A stretch of DNA of 64,000 bases from Patescibacteria group bacterium (GCA_019752595.1 JAIELV010000001.1:553209-617208); one strand, 5' to 3'. Positions 26,378-35,285 are shown, numbered from the stretch's first letter. Numbers and translations: made by a program. The notes: generated from the sequence alone by a model not told the origin.

Positions 26378-26419
26378 CAGTATATCACTATGGTAACATG
26401 TTACCATAGTGATATACTG
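26378..26419. promoter_or_regulatory. 42-bp perfect palindrome CAGTATATCACTATGGTAACATGTTACCATAGTGATATACTG
   Basis: Exact self-complementarity verified. Lies between the map 3' end and the suhB 5' end on the minus strand. Confidence 0.5.
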
Positions 26420-26474
26420 GGCAAAAAACTAACCAATTTCGATTACACTTCAAGAGATTGCGCTTCAAGATTAG

Positions 26475-27242
26475 TCATTCAAGGGTCAAGATTTCAGGTT
26501 TGCCTTTTGTTATCAAAATCGTGTGTTCGAAATGTGCAGCTCGGGAACCATCTTTGGTTACAAACGTATATCCGTCTGGCATCAATTTCACCCTCGGTGT
26601 ACCTTCCGTAAACATAGGCTCAATTGCCAATACCATATTCGGTAAAAGCTCTTCTCCTGTTCCTGCGTCCCCCACATTCGGGATATACGGCTCTTCATGC
26701 ACGCGATGTCCTACGCCGTGCCCACCAAGCTCATACACGATGCCGTAGCCTTTCTCCACGCCTATCTTTTCTATAGCAGCACTGATATCGCCTACGCGCG
26801 CGCCACCTTTTGCAGCATTGATGCCCGCCATCATGGCGTCTTTGGTTGCCTGTAATAGCGCGCGCGTCTCCGCGTCTTTAGTATCGCCTGCTATGACGGA
26901 AATCGCGTGGTCGGTAATCAAACCTTTATGCGTGACCCCGCAATCCAAACTAACAATGTCCCCATTCTGAACCGTGCGCGGATCTTCGTTCGCGACACCG
27001 TGAACTATTTCCTCATTTATAGAAATGCATATAGCCGCGGGGAACGGGCGTTTCGCGCCGCTCGGGGTATAGCCGAGAAACGACGGCGTGTCGCCATTCT
27101 CTCGAATCAATTTTTCCGCTAAGTCATTTAACTCGAGCGTCGTCACTCCTGGCACCACTGCCTTTGCGACTTCCGCCACGACGCGCGCCAAACGTTTACC
27201 GCCTTCACGCAGTATCAGAACTTCTTCGTCAGTCTTCACCAT
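26475..27242 (-). CDS. map: Methionine aminopeptidase, type I
   Basis: Pita-bread fold metal ligands (D..D..H..E..E pattern) and HGVANEDPRTVQNGDIVSLDCGV. Confidence 0.9.
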   Translation of the reverse strand: MVKTDEEVLILREGGKRLARVVAEVAKAVVPGVTTLELNDLAEKLIRENGDTPSFLGYTPSGAKRPFPAAICISINEEIVHGVANEDPRTVQNGDIVSLDCGVTHKGLITDHAISVIAGDTKDAETRALLQATKDAMMAGINAAKGGARVGDISAAIEKIGVEKGYGIVYELGGHGVGHRVHEEPYIPNVGDAGTGEELLPNMVLAIEPMFTEGTPRVKLMPDGYTFVTKDGSRAAHFEHTILITKGKPEILTLE

Positions 27243-27244
27243 AG

Positions 27245-27811
27245 TTAGATTTTTTTTGAAGCGACGTCCATCATCTGCGAAAATACTTCTTCGGGTGTTT
27301 TTTCACCGTCGACGTCAACACAATTACCTATCGAGTGGAAGTACTGAATCGCAGGGTGCGTCAAACGCGCATACTCCGACAGACGACTTTTAATAGCCTC
27401 TTCGTTTTTATCAATGCTATCGCGCCCACGTGCCATGGAACGTGCAAGCACTGTTTCATCTTTTACTTCAAGATTAAATACCGTATACGGGCGCCCGAGC
27501 CATGTGCAGACGCGGTCAATGGTTTCCGCCTGTTCGCGGTCGCGGCCAGAACCTTCAAACACCGCACCCTCTTCGGGAGGAAGGTTGAAAATAAAATCCT
27601 CGAACATATAATCTGCCACCCACGCAGGCATCAAAAGGCCTTTCTCGTAGTCTCCCTTTATCTTCGCTCCGAGCTGAGAGCCCGAGGCAATAATTTCGCG
27701 AAAACGCGCGCCCGTTGAAAACATTTTGAAACCCACCTTCTCAGCCAACAGCCTGCTCTGCGTCTCTTTGCCTGACGCCGGCTTGCCTACAAGAAAAAAC
27801 AAATGTTTCAT
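27245..27811 (-). CDS. adk: Adenylate kinase
   Basis: P-loop FLVGKPASGKETQ. The NMP-binding and LID regions are short (no Zn LID). Confidence 0.9.
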   Translation of the reverse strand: MKHLFFLVGKPASGKETQSRLLAEKVGFKMFSTGARFREIIASGSQLGAKIKGDYEKGLLMPAWVADYMFEDFIFNLPPEEGAVFEGSGRDREQAETIDRVCTWLGRPYTVFNLEVKDETVLARSMARGRDSIDKNEEAIKSRLSEYARLTHPAIQYFHSIGNCVDVDGEKTPEEVFSQMMDVASKKI

Positions 27812-27831
27812 GAAAGTAGAGTGTACCGCGC

Positions 27832-28407
27832 CTAACGAATAGCCTCAACAAGGGTGCGAATAGCGTTTTCGAAATCCTTTTTTGCCTGCTCCACCTCGCC
27901 CTGCTTGTTTTGAATCACGATGTCCGCTTCTTTCATATAGCTCATCTCGTCATCATAGTGCGCCCGTCGCTTCAAAAGCTCTTCGGTAGACATGGGTGAG
28001 CGCGCTTTGATGCGCGCTTCGACGTCTTCCCACGAACCCGCGTTAATGAATACAATCACCAAATCCTCTTTCGGCATTTTTTCGCGTATCTGTCGCACGC
28101 CTTGCACTTCAAGTTCTTTGAGCACAATCTTCCCTGCCTCAACTTGCACTACCACTTCCGCTTTCAAAGTGCCGTATAAATTCCCGCCATATTCCGCCCA
28201 CTCCAAAAACTCGCCGTTATTCACCCTCCCTTCGAAATCTTCCTTCGATACGAAGTAGCGGTAGCCAGAATCTTCACCCTCGCGCGGGGCACGTGTGACA
28301 CATGATTTCGCATACACTACTTCAGGAAACAGCGGGCGTACATGCTCAATAAGTGTATTTTTCCCACTTCCTGAGGTGCCGACAACTAATACGAATTTGC
28401 CTTTCAT
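27832..28407 (-). CDS. gmk: Guanylate kinase
   Basis: P-loop VVGTSGSGKNTL, YAKSCVTRAPREGE...GYRYFVS (GMP-binding), EYGGNLYGT. Confidence 0.8.
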   Translation of the reverse strand: MKGKFVLVVGTSGSGKNTLIEHVRPLFPEVVYAKSCVTRAPREGEDSGYRYFVSKEDFEGRVNNGEFLEWAEYGGNLYGTLKAEVVVQVEAGKIVLKELEVQGVRQIREKMPKEDLVIVFINAGSWEDVEARIKARSPMSTEELLKRRAHYDDEMSYMKEADIVIQNKQGEVEQAKKDFENAIRTLVEAIR

Positions 28408-28454
28408 AATGGCTTCTTAGCACTATACGCTAGACCCTAATCGCTAAACACTTC

Positions 28455-29726
28455 CTAGTACTCGCGAAGTGAAACTTGCGCGTCAATTTTGCGAACCAAG
28501 TCCAAAATAACTGAAACCACGATGAGGAGTGCCGTACCGCCGATAGCCAAGGACGCGAGGCCTGTAATCCCTTGCATGATGAGCGGTAACACTGCAATAC
28601 CTCCCAAGAAGAGCGCGCCCACGAGCGTAATGCGAGTAATGATTTTACCCAAGTGCTCTGATGTTTGGGTCCCTGGGCGAACACCTGGAACGAATGCGCC
28701 ATTTTTCTGCAAGTTCGTTGCAAGTGTGTTGGGATCAAACGTAATTGCGGTGTAGAAATACGTAAAGAGAAAGACGAGAAGGAAGTAGAAGATACCTGAA
28801 AGTATTGCTCCTCCGCTCCAGGACAGAAGTCCTGTTGCAGTCGTCGCAAGCCATGCGATTTGCGATTGCGCGGCAAACTGCAAGATGAGCTGAGGGAAAA
28901 GAAGAATTGAAAGAGCGAAAATAATCGGAATCACGCCAGCCTGATTCAAACGAAGCGGGAGGTATGTGGAAACGCCTCCGTAGAGCTTGTTTCCGCGTAC
29001 GCGCTTTGCATAGGTCACGGGCACAGGGCGTTCTGCCTCGGTCATCACCACGACTGAGTACACAATCGCAAGTCCTGCGGCAAGAGAAGCGACGACTACG
29101 GGAATCTGAGCGGGGTCAAATGAGAATACGAACTGTGAAATAACCTGCGGAAGGCTCGCCACGATACCTGCAAAGATAATGAGGGAAACGCCGTTACCAA
29201 TACCAAACTCCGATACCAACTCACCAATCCACATAAGGAGCATTGAGCCTGCTGCCACAACGGTAACTGCAACGGCAACATCGATAACGGAAAGTGCGTT
29301 CAAAATACCCTGGCTCTGGAAGAGGTAGATGTATGCGTATCCCTGAAGGAACGCGAGCGGAACCGAGAGAAGGCGTGAGTACTGTGCAAATTTTTTCTTT
29401 CCCTGATCCCCTTCTTCCTGGTACATCGCTTTCAAATTGGGGAAGATAATCGTCAACAACTGCATGATGATGGATGCGGTGATGTAGGGACCGACACCGA
29501 GCATGACAATCGAGAGGTTCGCAAGACCACCTCCTGAGAAAATGTTCAAAAGCCCCAAGAATTGGTTGTTCGAGAAAAACTGTTCAAGCTGAGCAGTATC
29601 AATACCAGGGACAGGAATCGTCGCCAAAAGGCGGAATCCCACGAGAGCCGCAAGCACAAAGCCAAGCTTCCCGAGCAAGTCCTTGTCGGTGAGTATGAGT
29701 TTCAGTTTGGAGCCGAACGTGCTCAT
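28455..29726 (-). CDS. secY: Preprotein translocase subunit SecY
   Basis: 10-TM SecY architecture. Conserved GIMPFINASI-like region (GVGPYITASIIMQLL). Canonical position after rplO. Confidence 0.95.
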   Translation of the reverse strand: MSTFGSKLKLILTDKDLLGKLGFVLAALVGFRLLATIPVPGIDTAQLEQFFSNNQFLGLLNIFSGGGLANLSIVMLGVGPYITASIIMQLLTIIFPNLKAMYQEEGDQGKKKFAQYSRLLSVPLAFLQGYAYIYLFQSQGILNALSVIDVAVAVTVVAAGSMLLMWIGELVSEFGIGNGVSLIIFAGIVASLPQVISQFVFSFDPAQIPVVVASLAAGLAIVYSVVVMTEAERPVPVTYAKRVRGNKLYGGVSTYLPLRLNQAGVIPIIFALSILLFPQLILQFAAQSQIAWLATTATGLLSWSGGAILSGIFYFLLVFLFTYFYTAITFDPNTLATNLQKNGAFVPGVRPGTQTSEHLGKIITRITLVGALFLGGIAVLPLIMQGITGLASLAIGGTALLIVVSVILDLVRKIDAQVSLREY

Positions 29727-29729
29727 AGG

Positions 29730-30179
29730 CTAGGCAGTCACTGTACCACCCTTCGCTTCAATCGCTGATTTCGCTGATGCAGAAACAACGACGCCTTCAA
29801 CTTTCAATTTCTTCGTCAGTTCTCCGTTGCCCAAAATCTTCACAGAAGGCACTTTGCCACCACTTCTCTTCACGAGGCGTGCGCGCATAAGGGTTGTCAA
29901 AGAAACAACGTCGCCATCCTTAAATGTTTTTGAAAGAAGATCGAGATTGATTGCGCGCTGAGCTCCTTTCGGGATTGCGGTGTCTGCGCGGTTCTTGCCG
30001 TGTCCGCGGAGTTTCGGAATTTTCTTGATGATATCGCGCCATTCAGGACGTCGCTTGTTACCAGCGCGAGCTTTCTGACCCTTGGTACCACGACCTGCAG
30101 TTTTACCGCGCTTACCTCCGCGACCAACGCGAGTTTTCTTTTCAATTCTTCCTGATTTTCCGATTGAGTGAAGTTCCAT
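29730..30179 (-). CDS. rplO: 50S ribosomal protein L15
   Basis: Gly/Arg/Lys-rich N-terminus GRGGKRGKTAGRGTKGQKAR typical of uL15. Confidence 0.9.
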   Translation of the reverse strand: MELHSIGKSGRIEKKTRVGRGGKRGKTAGRGTKGQKARAGNKRRPEWRDIIKKIPKLRGHGKNRADTAIPKGAQRAINLDLLSKTFKDGDVVSLTTLMRARLVKRSGGKVPSVKILGNGELTKKLKVEGVVVSASAKSAIEAKGGTVTA

Positions 30180-30204
30180 GTTACTTGTAGTGAGTTTTAC
30201 GAAT

Positions 30205-30813
30205 CTATTTCAATTTTGAAAGCGCCTTAATAGTCGCGCGTGCAATGTTCAACTTATTCTTTGACGGTGAGTGAATCTTTGCAGTGACGTCTTTTACGCC
30301 AGCAAGCTCCAACACCATTTTAACTGCTGAACCTGCAACGATACCTCGAAGTGGCGCAGGGCGAATTTCAACGATACCTGAAGATTCCTTTGCCATAACG
30401 TCGTGAGGGATCGAAAGAGTTTTCGTCGTCTTCACCGTAATCATGTTTTTCTTCGCGTCCCGTAGCGCTTTCTCGATTGAACCTGCGGTGTCGCCTCCCT
30501 TGCCGATACCAACGCCCACGCGACCTTTGCGGTCACCGATAACGATAGCTGCTGAGAAACTGAAGCGACGACCTCCTGCGGTCACACGAGCAACACGGCG
30601 CAAGAGAAGTGTTTTCTGATCGAATTCAGAGCGAGGGCGGTCTTCACGCTTTCCGCCTGAACGACGATTTCCTCCACGGCTTCCGCCACCTCCCTGAGGG
30701 CCACGGCGTCCGCGAGGACCTCCGCGCGTATCGCGAGGAGCACCTGCAACAGGAGCTACCGCTTCAGGAGTAGCTTCGACAATCGGTTCTGCTGTGTTTT
30801 GTTCATCCATCAT
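30205..30813 (-). CDS. rpsE: 30S ribosomal protein S5, with a Gly/Arg-rich N-terminal extension. No rpmD (L30) gene lies between it and rplO.
   Basis: S5 dsRBD core LLRRVARVTAGGRRFSFSAAIVIGDRKGRVGVGIGKG and C-terminal domain. The 25-nt gap to rplO leaves no room for L30. Confidence 0.9.
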   Translation of the reverse strand: MMDEQNTAEPIVEATPEAVAPVAGAPRDTRGGPRGRRGPQGGGGSRGGNRRSGGKREDRPRSEFDQKTLLLRRVARVTAGGRRFSFSAAIVIGDRKGRVGVGIGKGGDTAGSIEKALRDAKKNMITVKTTKTLSIPHDVMAKESSGIVEIRPAPLRGIVAGSAVKMVLELAGVKDVTAKIHSPSKNKLNIARATIKALSKLK

Positions 30814-30822
30814 ATGCGTTCG

Positions 30823-31176
30823 TTAAAATTTCAATCCTCCTTCGCGCGCTGCATCCGCCAAGGTCTTAATAACTCCGATGTATTTGAAACCTCCGCGGTC
30901 GAAAACAACTTTCGTAATACCTTTTGCAGCGGCATCCTTTGCAAGTTTCACACCAACCGCCTTTGCGCCTTCAGTCATACCGCCCTTCATACCTTTTGAA
31001 GTTGCAGAAACAACGGTAACGCCTTTGTCGTCATCAATGACTTGCGCGTAGATGTATTTATTCGAACGAAATACAGCCAAGCGAGGCGCGGTTTCAGTTC
31101 CAGCAACCTTTCCGCGAATGCGCTTGTGACGGCGAACGCGAAGTTCTGATTTTGTTTTCGGTGTTAATTTGCTCAT
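30823..31176 (-). CDS. rplR: 50S ribosomal protein L18
   Basis: [28 protein letters not shown] is the uL18 signature. Confidence 0.9.
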   Translation of the reverse strand: MSKLTPKTKSELRVRRHKRIRGKVAGTETAPRLAVFRSNKYIYAQVIDDDKGVTVVSATSKGMKGGMTEGAKAVGVKLAKDAAAKGITKVVFDRGGFKYIGVIKTLADAAREGGLKF

Positions 31177-31216
31177 GTTTTTTTCTATTCGCTATACCCT
31201 AATCCCTATACGCTAA

Positions 31217-31753
31217 CTAGGCAGTTGCTTTCTTACCTTGCTTCTGGCGAACGTATTCACCTTCGTAGCGAATACCCTTGCCCTTGTACGGTTCAGGTTT
31301 CTTCACGAAGCGAATGTTTGCTGCAAACTGGCCAACTGCGTCTTTATCAATTCCTGAAACAGTCATGTTGTTCTTATCTACCGCAACAGCAACGTTCTCA
31401 GGAACGGCCATGATGACGGGGTGAGAAAAACCAACAATGAATTTCAAATTTTTTCCTGTAAGTTCCACGCGGTACCCAATACCCTGCAACTCCAATTTTT
31501 TTTCAAATTTCTTATTGACGCCGGCAATCATGTTTTTGATGTGTGATGCGAACGTGCCCCAGAGTGAGCGTGCGAGTTTGGTGTTGTTCTTCGGAGTAAC
31601 CGTGACTTTGCCGTCAGCAACGCTTATAGAAACCATTTCGTGAACGGGCTTTGTGATTGCACCCAATGGGCCTTTCACGGTCAACACACCGTCAGCTACA
31701 GTGACCTCTGTTTTCTCGGGAATCGTAATTGCGTTTTTTCCTATGCGTGACAT
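31217..31753 (-). CDS. rplF: 50S ribosomal protein L6
   Basis: Two-domain uL6 MSRIGKNAITIPEKTEVTV...GYRVELTGKNLKFIVGFSHPV. Confidence 0.9.
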   Translation of the reverse strand: MSRIGKNAITIPEKTEVTVADGVLTVKGPLGAITKPVHEMVSISVADGKVTVTPKNNTKLARSLWGTFASHIKNMIAGVNKKFEKKLELQGIGYRVELTGKNLKFIVGFSHPVIMAVPENVAVAVDKNNMTVSGIDKDAVGQFAANIRFVKKPEPYKGKGIRYEGEYVRQKQGKKATA

Positions 31754-31762
31754 ATACGTTTG

Positions 31763-32164
31763 TTACCAGATGGTGAAAAGTGTTTCGCCTCCAACGCGGT
31801 CTTTGCGCGCCTCAGCATCGGTCAAAATTCCTTTCGGAGTCGTCAAAACCATCACACCCTTGCCGTATTTCACTGGATGAACCTTTGAAACACCTGCGTA
31901 GAGGCGGCGGCCTGGCTTTGAGATTCTCTTCACGCCGTTGATTTTCGGGTCACCTGCTTCAGAATATAAAAGTTCGCAAACAAGCATTTTTGATGTGCCC
32001 GTACCCGTTTCTGAAATTTCACCCAAGTACCCACACTTTTTAAGTGAGAGCGCAATCGCGAGCTTCATTTTTGAAAACGGCATCTCAACACGCTTCTTAT
32101 TGACCGCAGTTGCGTTCTTCAAGCGAATGATGAGGTCTCCGATGGGATCTGTAATGACTGACAT
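31763..32164 (-). CDS. rpsH: 30S ribosomal protein S8 (start placed at MSVITDPIGD; the longer track ORF probably over-extends upstream)
   Basis: MSVITDPIGDLIIRLKNA...LTTPKGILTDAEARKDRVGGETLFTIW matches uS8 end to end. Confidence 0.9.
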   Translation of the reverse strand: MSVITDPIGDLIIRLKNATAVNKKRVEMPFSKMKLAIALSLKKCGYLGEISETGTGTSKMLVCELLYSEAGDPKINGVKRISKPGRRLYAGVSKVHPVKYGKGVMVLTTPKGILTDAEARKDRVGGETLFTIW

Positions 32165-32168
32165 ATAT

Positions 32169-32438
32169 TTACCAAGAAGATTTCTTAACTCCAGGGATTT
32201 CTCCGCGGCGGGCCATTTCTCTAAACTGCTGACGTGAGATACCAAAGTAGCGCATGTAGCCGCGAGAACGACCAGTGACCGCACAGCGGTTTTTCACACG
32301 AACAGGAGAACTGTTTTTGGGCAACTTCTGAAGTGCCTCCCAGTTTCCTTCTTTCTTTAGTGCCAAGCGTTTAGCGTTCATACGCTCGCTCATGCGGATA
32401 CGTTTAATGTTTCGTGCAATTTGTGATGTTTTTGCCAT
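32169..32438 (-). CDS. rpsN: 30S ribosomal protein S14, long non-zinc type (89 aa)
   Basis: [13 protein letters not shown]...[39 protein letters not shown]. Confidence 0.85.
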   Translation of the reverse strand: MAKTSQIARNIKRIRMSERMNAKRLALKKEGNWEALQKLPKNSSPVRVKNRCAVTGRSRGYMRYFGISRQQFREMARRGEIPGVKKSSW

Positions 32439-32622
32439 AAAAAATACCCTTTTCAGGGTGCCCACAAACAAAAAGTTTTGGGACAACCTGTGCCACTCGT
32501 AAGTGGCTGGTTTTGTCGCCTTTTGGCCTTGTTCTGCTTTCCTTTCGGGAGCCAGTACACGGACTTAAAGCTCGGATGACTATAGCAGATGCCCCCCCAG
32601 CGGTCAAACTCGACTTTCTATA

Positions 32623-32651
32623 CAAAAACACCCCCATACAAGGGGTGTTTT
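32623..32651. terminator. Bidirectional terminator hairpin (ACACCCC-loop-GGGGTGT with flanking A- and T-runs)
   Basis: 7-bp stem. On the minus strand it follows the 3' end of the inserted 32663..33778 gene, just upstream of rpsN. Confidence 0.6.
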
Positions 32652-32662
32652 AAGAGAGATTT

Positions 32663-33778
32663 TTAATTTGAATCTCTAGCTCCAGGGAAATCGGCAAGAC
32701 TTGGATCCATCCCCACTTTATTAAGAAGTGCAATCAATACATCACGTTGATGCTGATGGAAACGATCATCTGCTTCTCTTAATGCCTTATCTTTTTCCTT
32801 AATTGCCACCTCCAAGTCATCGTTCCTTGCTTTGAGGGCCTTAATGGAATCCTCCATATCAGTAATACGACGCTTCTCGGCCTCTTCCAGAGCAAGTCTG
32901 CCTGCTTCCTCAGTAAGTGCTGCGCGTGCTTTTTCCCCACCGAGCTTAAGCAATGCTAAATCGCGTTCTGGTCCAGATGCAGGAAGCTCGGCATTCGCAA
33001 GAAGAGCAGCTACAGGATCGAGCTCAAGCATTACAGGCATTTCAAACTGCTGTTCCTCTTCAATGCCTTGGGCCTCAAACTTCCACACGTTACCTTCGCG
33101 GTGGAGGTTAAGTCGCAAACCTACTCTACTTAGCTGTTCATCGAGTGCTTCGAAACTGCCAAGTTCAACGATATCCAAAAATTGCTCTCCTGATTCAGCT
33201 AGTTTCGCTTTTTCCCTCTCGAGACCTAACTTCTTTCTATTTTCCCATGCTCCTTGCCTTACCCAACCGAAAGGAGAGCGCGCTTTCTTTTCAAACTTGG
33301 CATCCTGAGCAACCATCTCATCGTATTCTGCGTTTGCAGAAGAAAGAATTTCGCTTTTTACCTTGCCGTCAACTTCATCTATGTCACGAATTTCTTTTTT
33401 CTTCCCAGTCTGGCGCTCCTGGGCCTCTGCCATATACACACCATCCGAAATACCAACAAGACCAGTTTTTTCGTCCGCGGCAAGGAAGCTGAGATCCACC
33501 CTTCCTTTTTCGTCAGGCACGAGTTCCTGCAAATCTGCATCGCCCCCCCCTGCTTCAGCTGCGTCGATCTTCGCTTTAAGCTTTTCTGCAGCCGAACGCA
33601 ACGCAACATGTATTTCGAAAACACGATCGACTTTCGCAAGTCCTTCAGCTTTTTTTCTTACAACGTCTGGGTTTGCGGCGCGCACATTCTGCGCTCTTCC
33701 ATTCAAACGCGGTCGCTCACCACGAATAGCTCGGGAAAACACGACATCACCTGGACCGACTCCATTACCTTCAGCCAT
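32663..33778 (-). CDS. Hypothetical coiled-coil protein (371 aa, Glu/Lys/Ala-rich) inserted between rplE and rpsN
   Basis: Long ORF of heptad-like charged low-complexity sequence. Its own AT-rich upstream region (33779..33870) and flanking terminators indicate an independent transcription unit. Confidence 0.5.
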   Translation of the reverse strand: MAEGNGVGPGDVVFSRAIRGERPRLNGRAQNVRAANPDVVRKKAEGLAKVDRVFEIHVALRSAAEKLKAKIDAAEAGGGDADLQELVPDEKGRVDLSFLAADEKTGLVGISDGVYMAEAQERQTGKKKEIRDIDEVDGKVKSEILSSANAEYDEMVAQDAKFEKKARSPFGWVRQGAWENRKKLGLEREKAKLAESGEQFLDIVELGSFEALDEQLSRVGLRLNLHREGNVWKFEAQGIEEEQQFEMPVMLELDPVAALLANAELPASGPERDLALLKLGGEKARAALTEEAGRLALEEAEKRRITDMEDSIKALKARNDDLEVAIKEKDKALREADDRFHQHQRDVLIALLNKVGMDPSLADFPGARDSN

Positions 33779-33876
33779 ACGCTTTATATAAAAAGTATTA
33801 AATAAGTAAAGTATTAAACAACGATATTCTATATTGTAAATCCTCTACGGGTATTTGTCAAGCCCGTGCGGTGGAT

Positions 33877-33900
33877 GAAAAACACCCCTTTCGGGGTGTT
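33877..33900 (-). terminator. Rho-independent terminator directly downstream of rplE (ACACCCC-TTTC-GGGGTGT, then TTTTT on the minus strand)
   Basis: Hairpin 5 nt after the rplE stop. Strong T-run in the minus-strand orientation. Confidence 0.65.
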
Positions 33901-33904
33901 TGGA

Positions 33905-34435
33905 TTACTGAAGCGGGAACTTGAGGTGGCGGAAGAATGCTTCTGCCTCTTTCTTGCCCTTGGCTGAGGTTACAACGGTAACCGCAAGCCCGAAGACGTC
34001 TTTCAGGTCTTCGTCTGAAGTTTCAGGGAAGATGGTGTGCTCCTTGATACCAACAGTCATGTTACCCAAAGAATCAATACCTTTTGGTGAAATGCCGCGG
34101 AAGTCGCGTGTACGAGGGAATGCGATGTGAATCAGTTTATCCAAAAAGTCATACATACGTGCGCCACGAAGCGTTACTTGGTAGCCCACTACGTCACCCT
34201 GACGGACCTTAAAGGTTGCGATTGATTTCTTCGCGCCACGAGCTGCTGCTTTCTGGCCCGTGATTTTCGCAAGACGATCCTGAATGACTTCAATCTTGTT
34301 TTTATCCTTTATCTTGCCAACACCCGTTGAAATAACCACTTTCTGCAAGCGAGGTGTCTGAAGGCGGTTCTTATATTTGAACTCGCCCTTCAGTGCGTCA
34401 TATGCGCCCTTTTCTGTTTCTTTAGTTATATTCAT
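33905..34435 (-). CDS. rplE: 50S ribosomal protein L5
   Basis: YKNRLQTPRLQKVVISTGVGK...KITGQKAAARGAKKSIATFKVRQG is the uL5 core. Confidence 0.9.
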   Translation of the reverse strand: MNITKETEKGAYDALKGEFKYKNRLQTPRLQKVVISTGVGKIKDKNKIEVIQDRLAKITGQKAAARGAKKSIATFKVRQGDVVGYQVTLRGARMYDFLDKLIHIAFPRTRDFRGISPKGIDSLGNMTVGIKEHTIFPETSDEDLKDVFGLAVTVVTSAKGKKEAEAFFRHLKFPLQ

Positions 34436-34740
34436 ACGAGTTCTGATTTGCTCTTCTTAGTAACACGTGCGCGCTTGCCGTTCTTTCTTTCAATGCCAAC
34501 GCGGGTCGGTTTGCCTGATTTCGGGTCAACAAGCATAACATTTGATACATGAATCGGAAGTGCCTTCTCGACAATCTGACCCTGCTGACCACCACGGCGA
34601 GGTTTCTGGTGCTTCTTTCTCATGTTCACACCTTCAACAATCACTTTGTTTTCTTTTGGTATTGCAAGCGTCACGGTACCAGTTTTGCCCTTGTCCTTAC
34701 CTGCCATCACAATTACTTTGTCGTTCTTTTTTATTTTCAT
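34432..34740 (-). CDS. rplX: 50S ribosomal protein L24
   Basis: MKIKKNDKVIVMAGKDKGKTGTV (KOW motif), uL24. Confidence 0.9.
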   Translation of the reverse strand: MKIKKNDKVIVMAGKDKGKTGTVTLAIPKENKVIVEGVNMRKKHQKPRRGGQQGQIVEKALPIHVSNVMLVDPKSGKPTRVGIERKNGKRARVTKKSKSELV

Positions 34741-34770
34741 ATCTTAGATTTTGTTACCGAGTCCGCGAGG

Positions 34771-34867
34771 TTAGAAAATCTTAGACCCCGCCCTCTAAGC
34801 TTATCCGAGAAACGGGTGGGGACATTTTCTATTCCGATGTGTTTCATTGTTTGCATAGAGGGCGGGG
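34771..34867. repeat. Palindromic element copy B: TTAGAAAATCTTAGACCCCGCCCTCT-(59 nt)-AGAGGGCGGGG. It fills an unusually long rplN-rplX spacer.
   Basis: Same 26-nt 5' flank and 11-bp GC-rich stem as copy A at 15171..15254. rplN and rplX are normally adjacent; here they are 160 nt apart. Confidence 0.5.
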
Positions 34868-34900
34868 TGATGAAAAATATATTCGCTTCGCTCATTATTT

Positions 34901-35281
34901 TTACACCACTTCAGGTGCGAGGGAACCTATTTTCTGGTAACCGAGGTCGACGATTTCGCGAGGAATAGGGCCGAACACGCGGTTTGCTTTCGGTTCAAAC
35001 GGGTCTTTTGCATTTTTCGAAAGAATAACCACTGCGTTGTCGTCGAAACGGATGTACGAACCATCAGTTCGGCGGAATGGCTTGGTCTGGCGAACCACAA
35101 CGCCCGTCAAGACATCCTTTTTCTTCACCATTTTGCGAGGCTCTGCAATCTGCACTGAAAGCACTACCAAATCCCCGATAGAAGCAGTGCGCTTCTTTGA
35201 GCCACCAAGCACTTTGAAAATGCGTCCGATTTTACCTCCGGTGTTGTCTGCGATAACGACGAGTGAGCGATCTTGAATCAT
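34901..35281 (-). CDS. rplN: 50S ribosomal protein L14
   Basis: MIQDRSLVVIADNTGGKIGRIFKVLGG... is the uL14 core. Confidence 0.9.
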   Translation of the reverse strand: MIQDRSLVVIADNTGGKIGRIFKVLGGSKKRTASIGDLVVLSVQIAEPRKMVKKKDVLTGVVVRQTKPFRRTDGSYIRFDDNAVVILSKNAKDPFEPKANRVFGPIPREIVDLGYQKIGSLAPEVV

Positions 35282-35285
35282 AAAA

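Noticed and set aside
32487-32622. Possible structured leader upstream of rpsN (hairpin GCCACTCGTAAGTGGC etc.)
   Set aside because: Only short, isolated hairpins. No repeated or conserved motif to support an RNA element.
33254-33805. 183-aa plus-strand ORF and neighbours (33145..33492, 33363..33791)
   Set aside because: Antisense or out-of-frame overlaps of the 371-aa coiled-coil gene and its AT-rich upstream region. No support.
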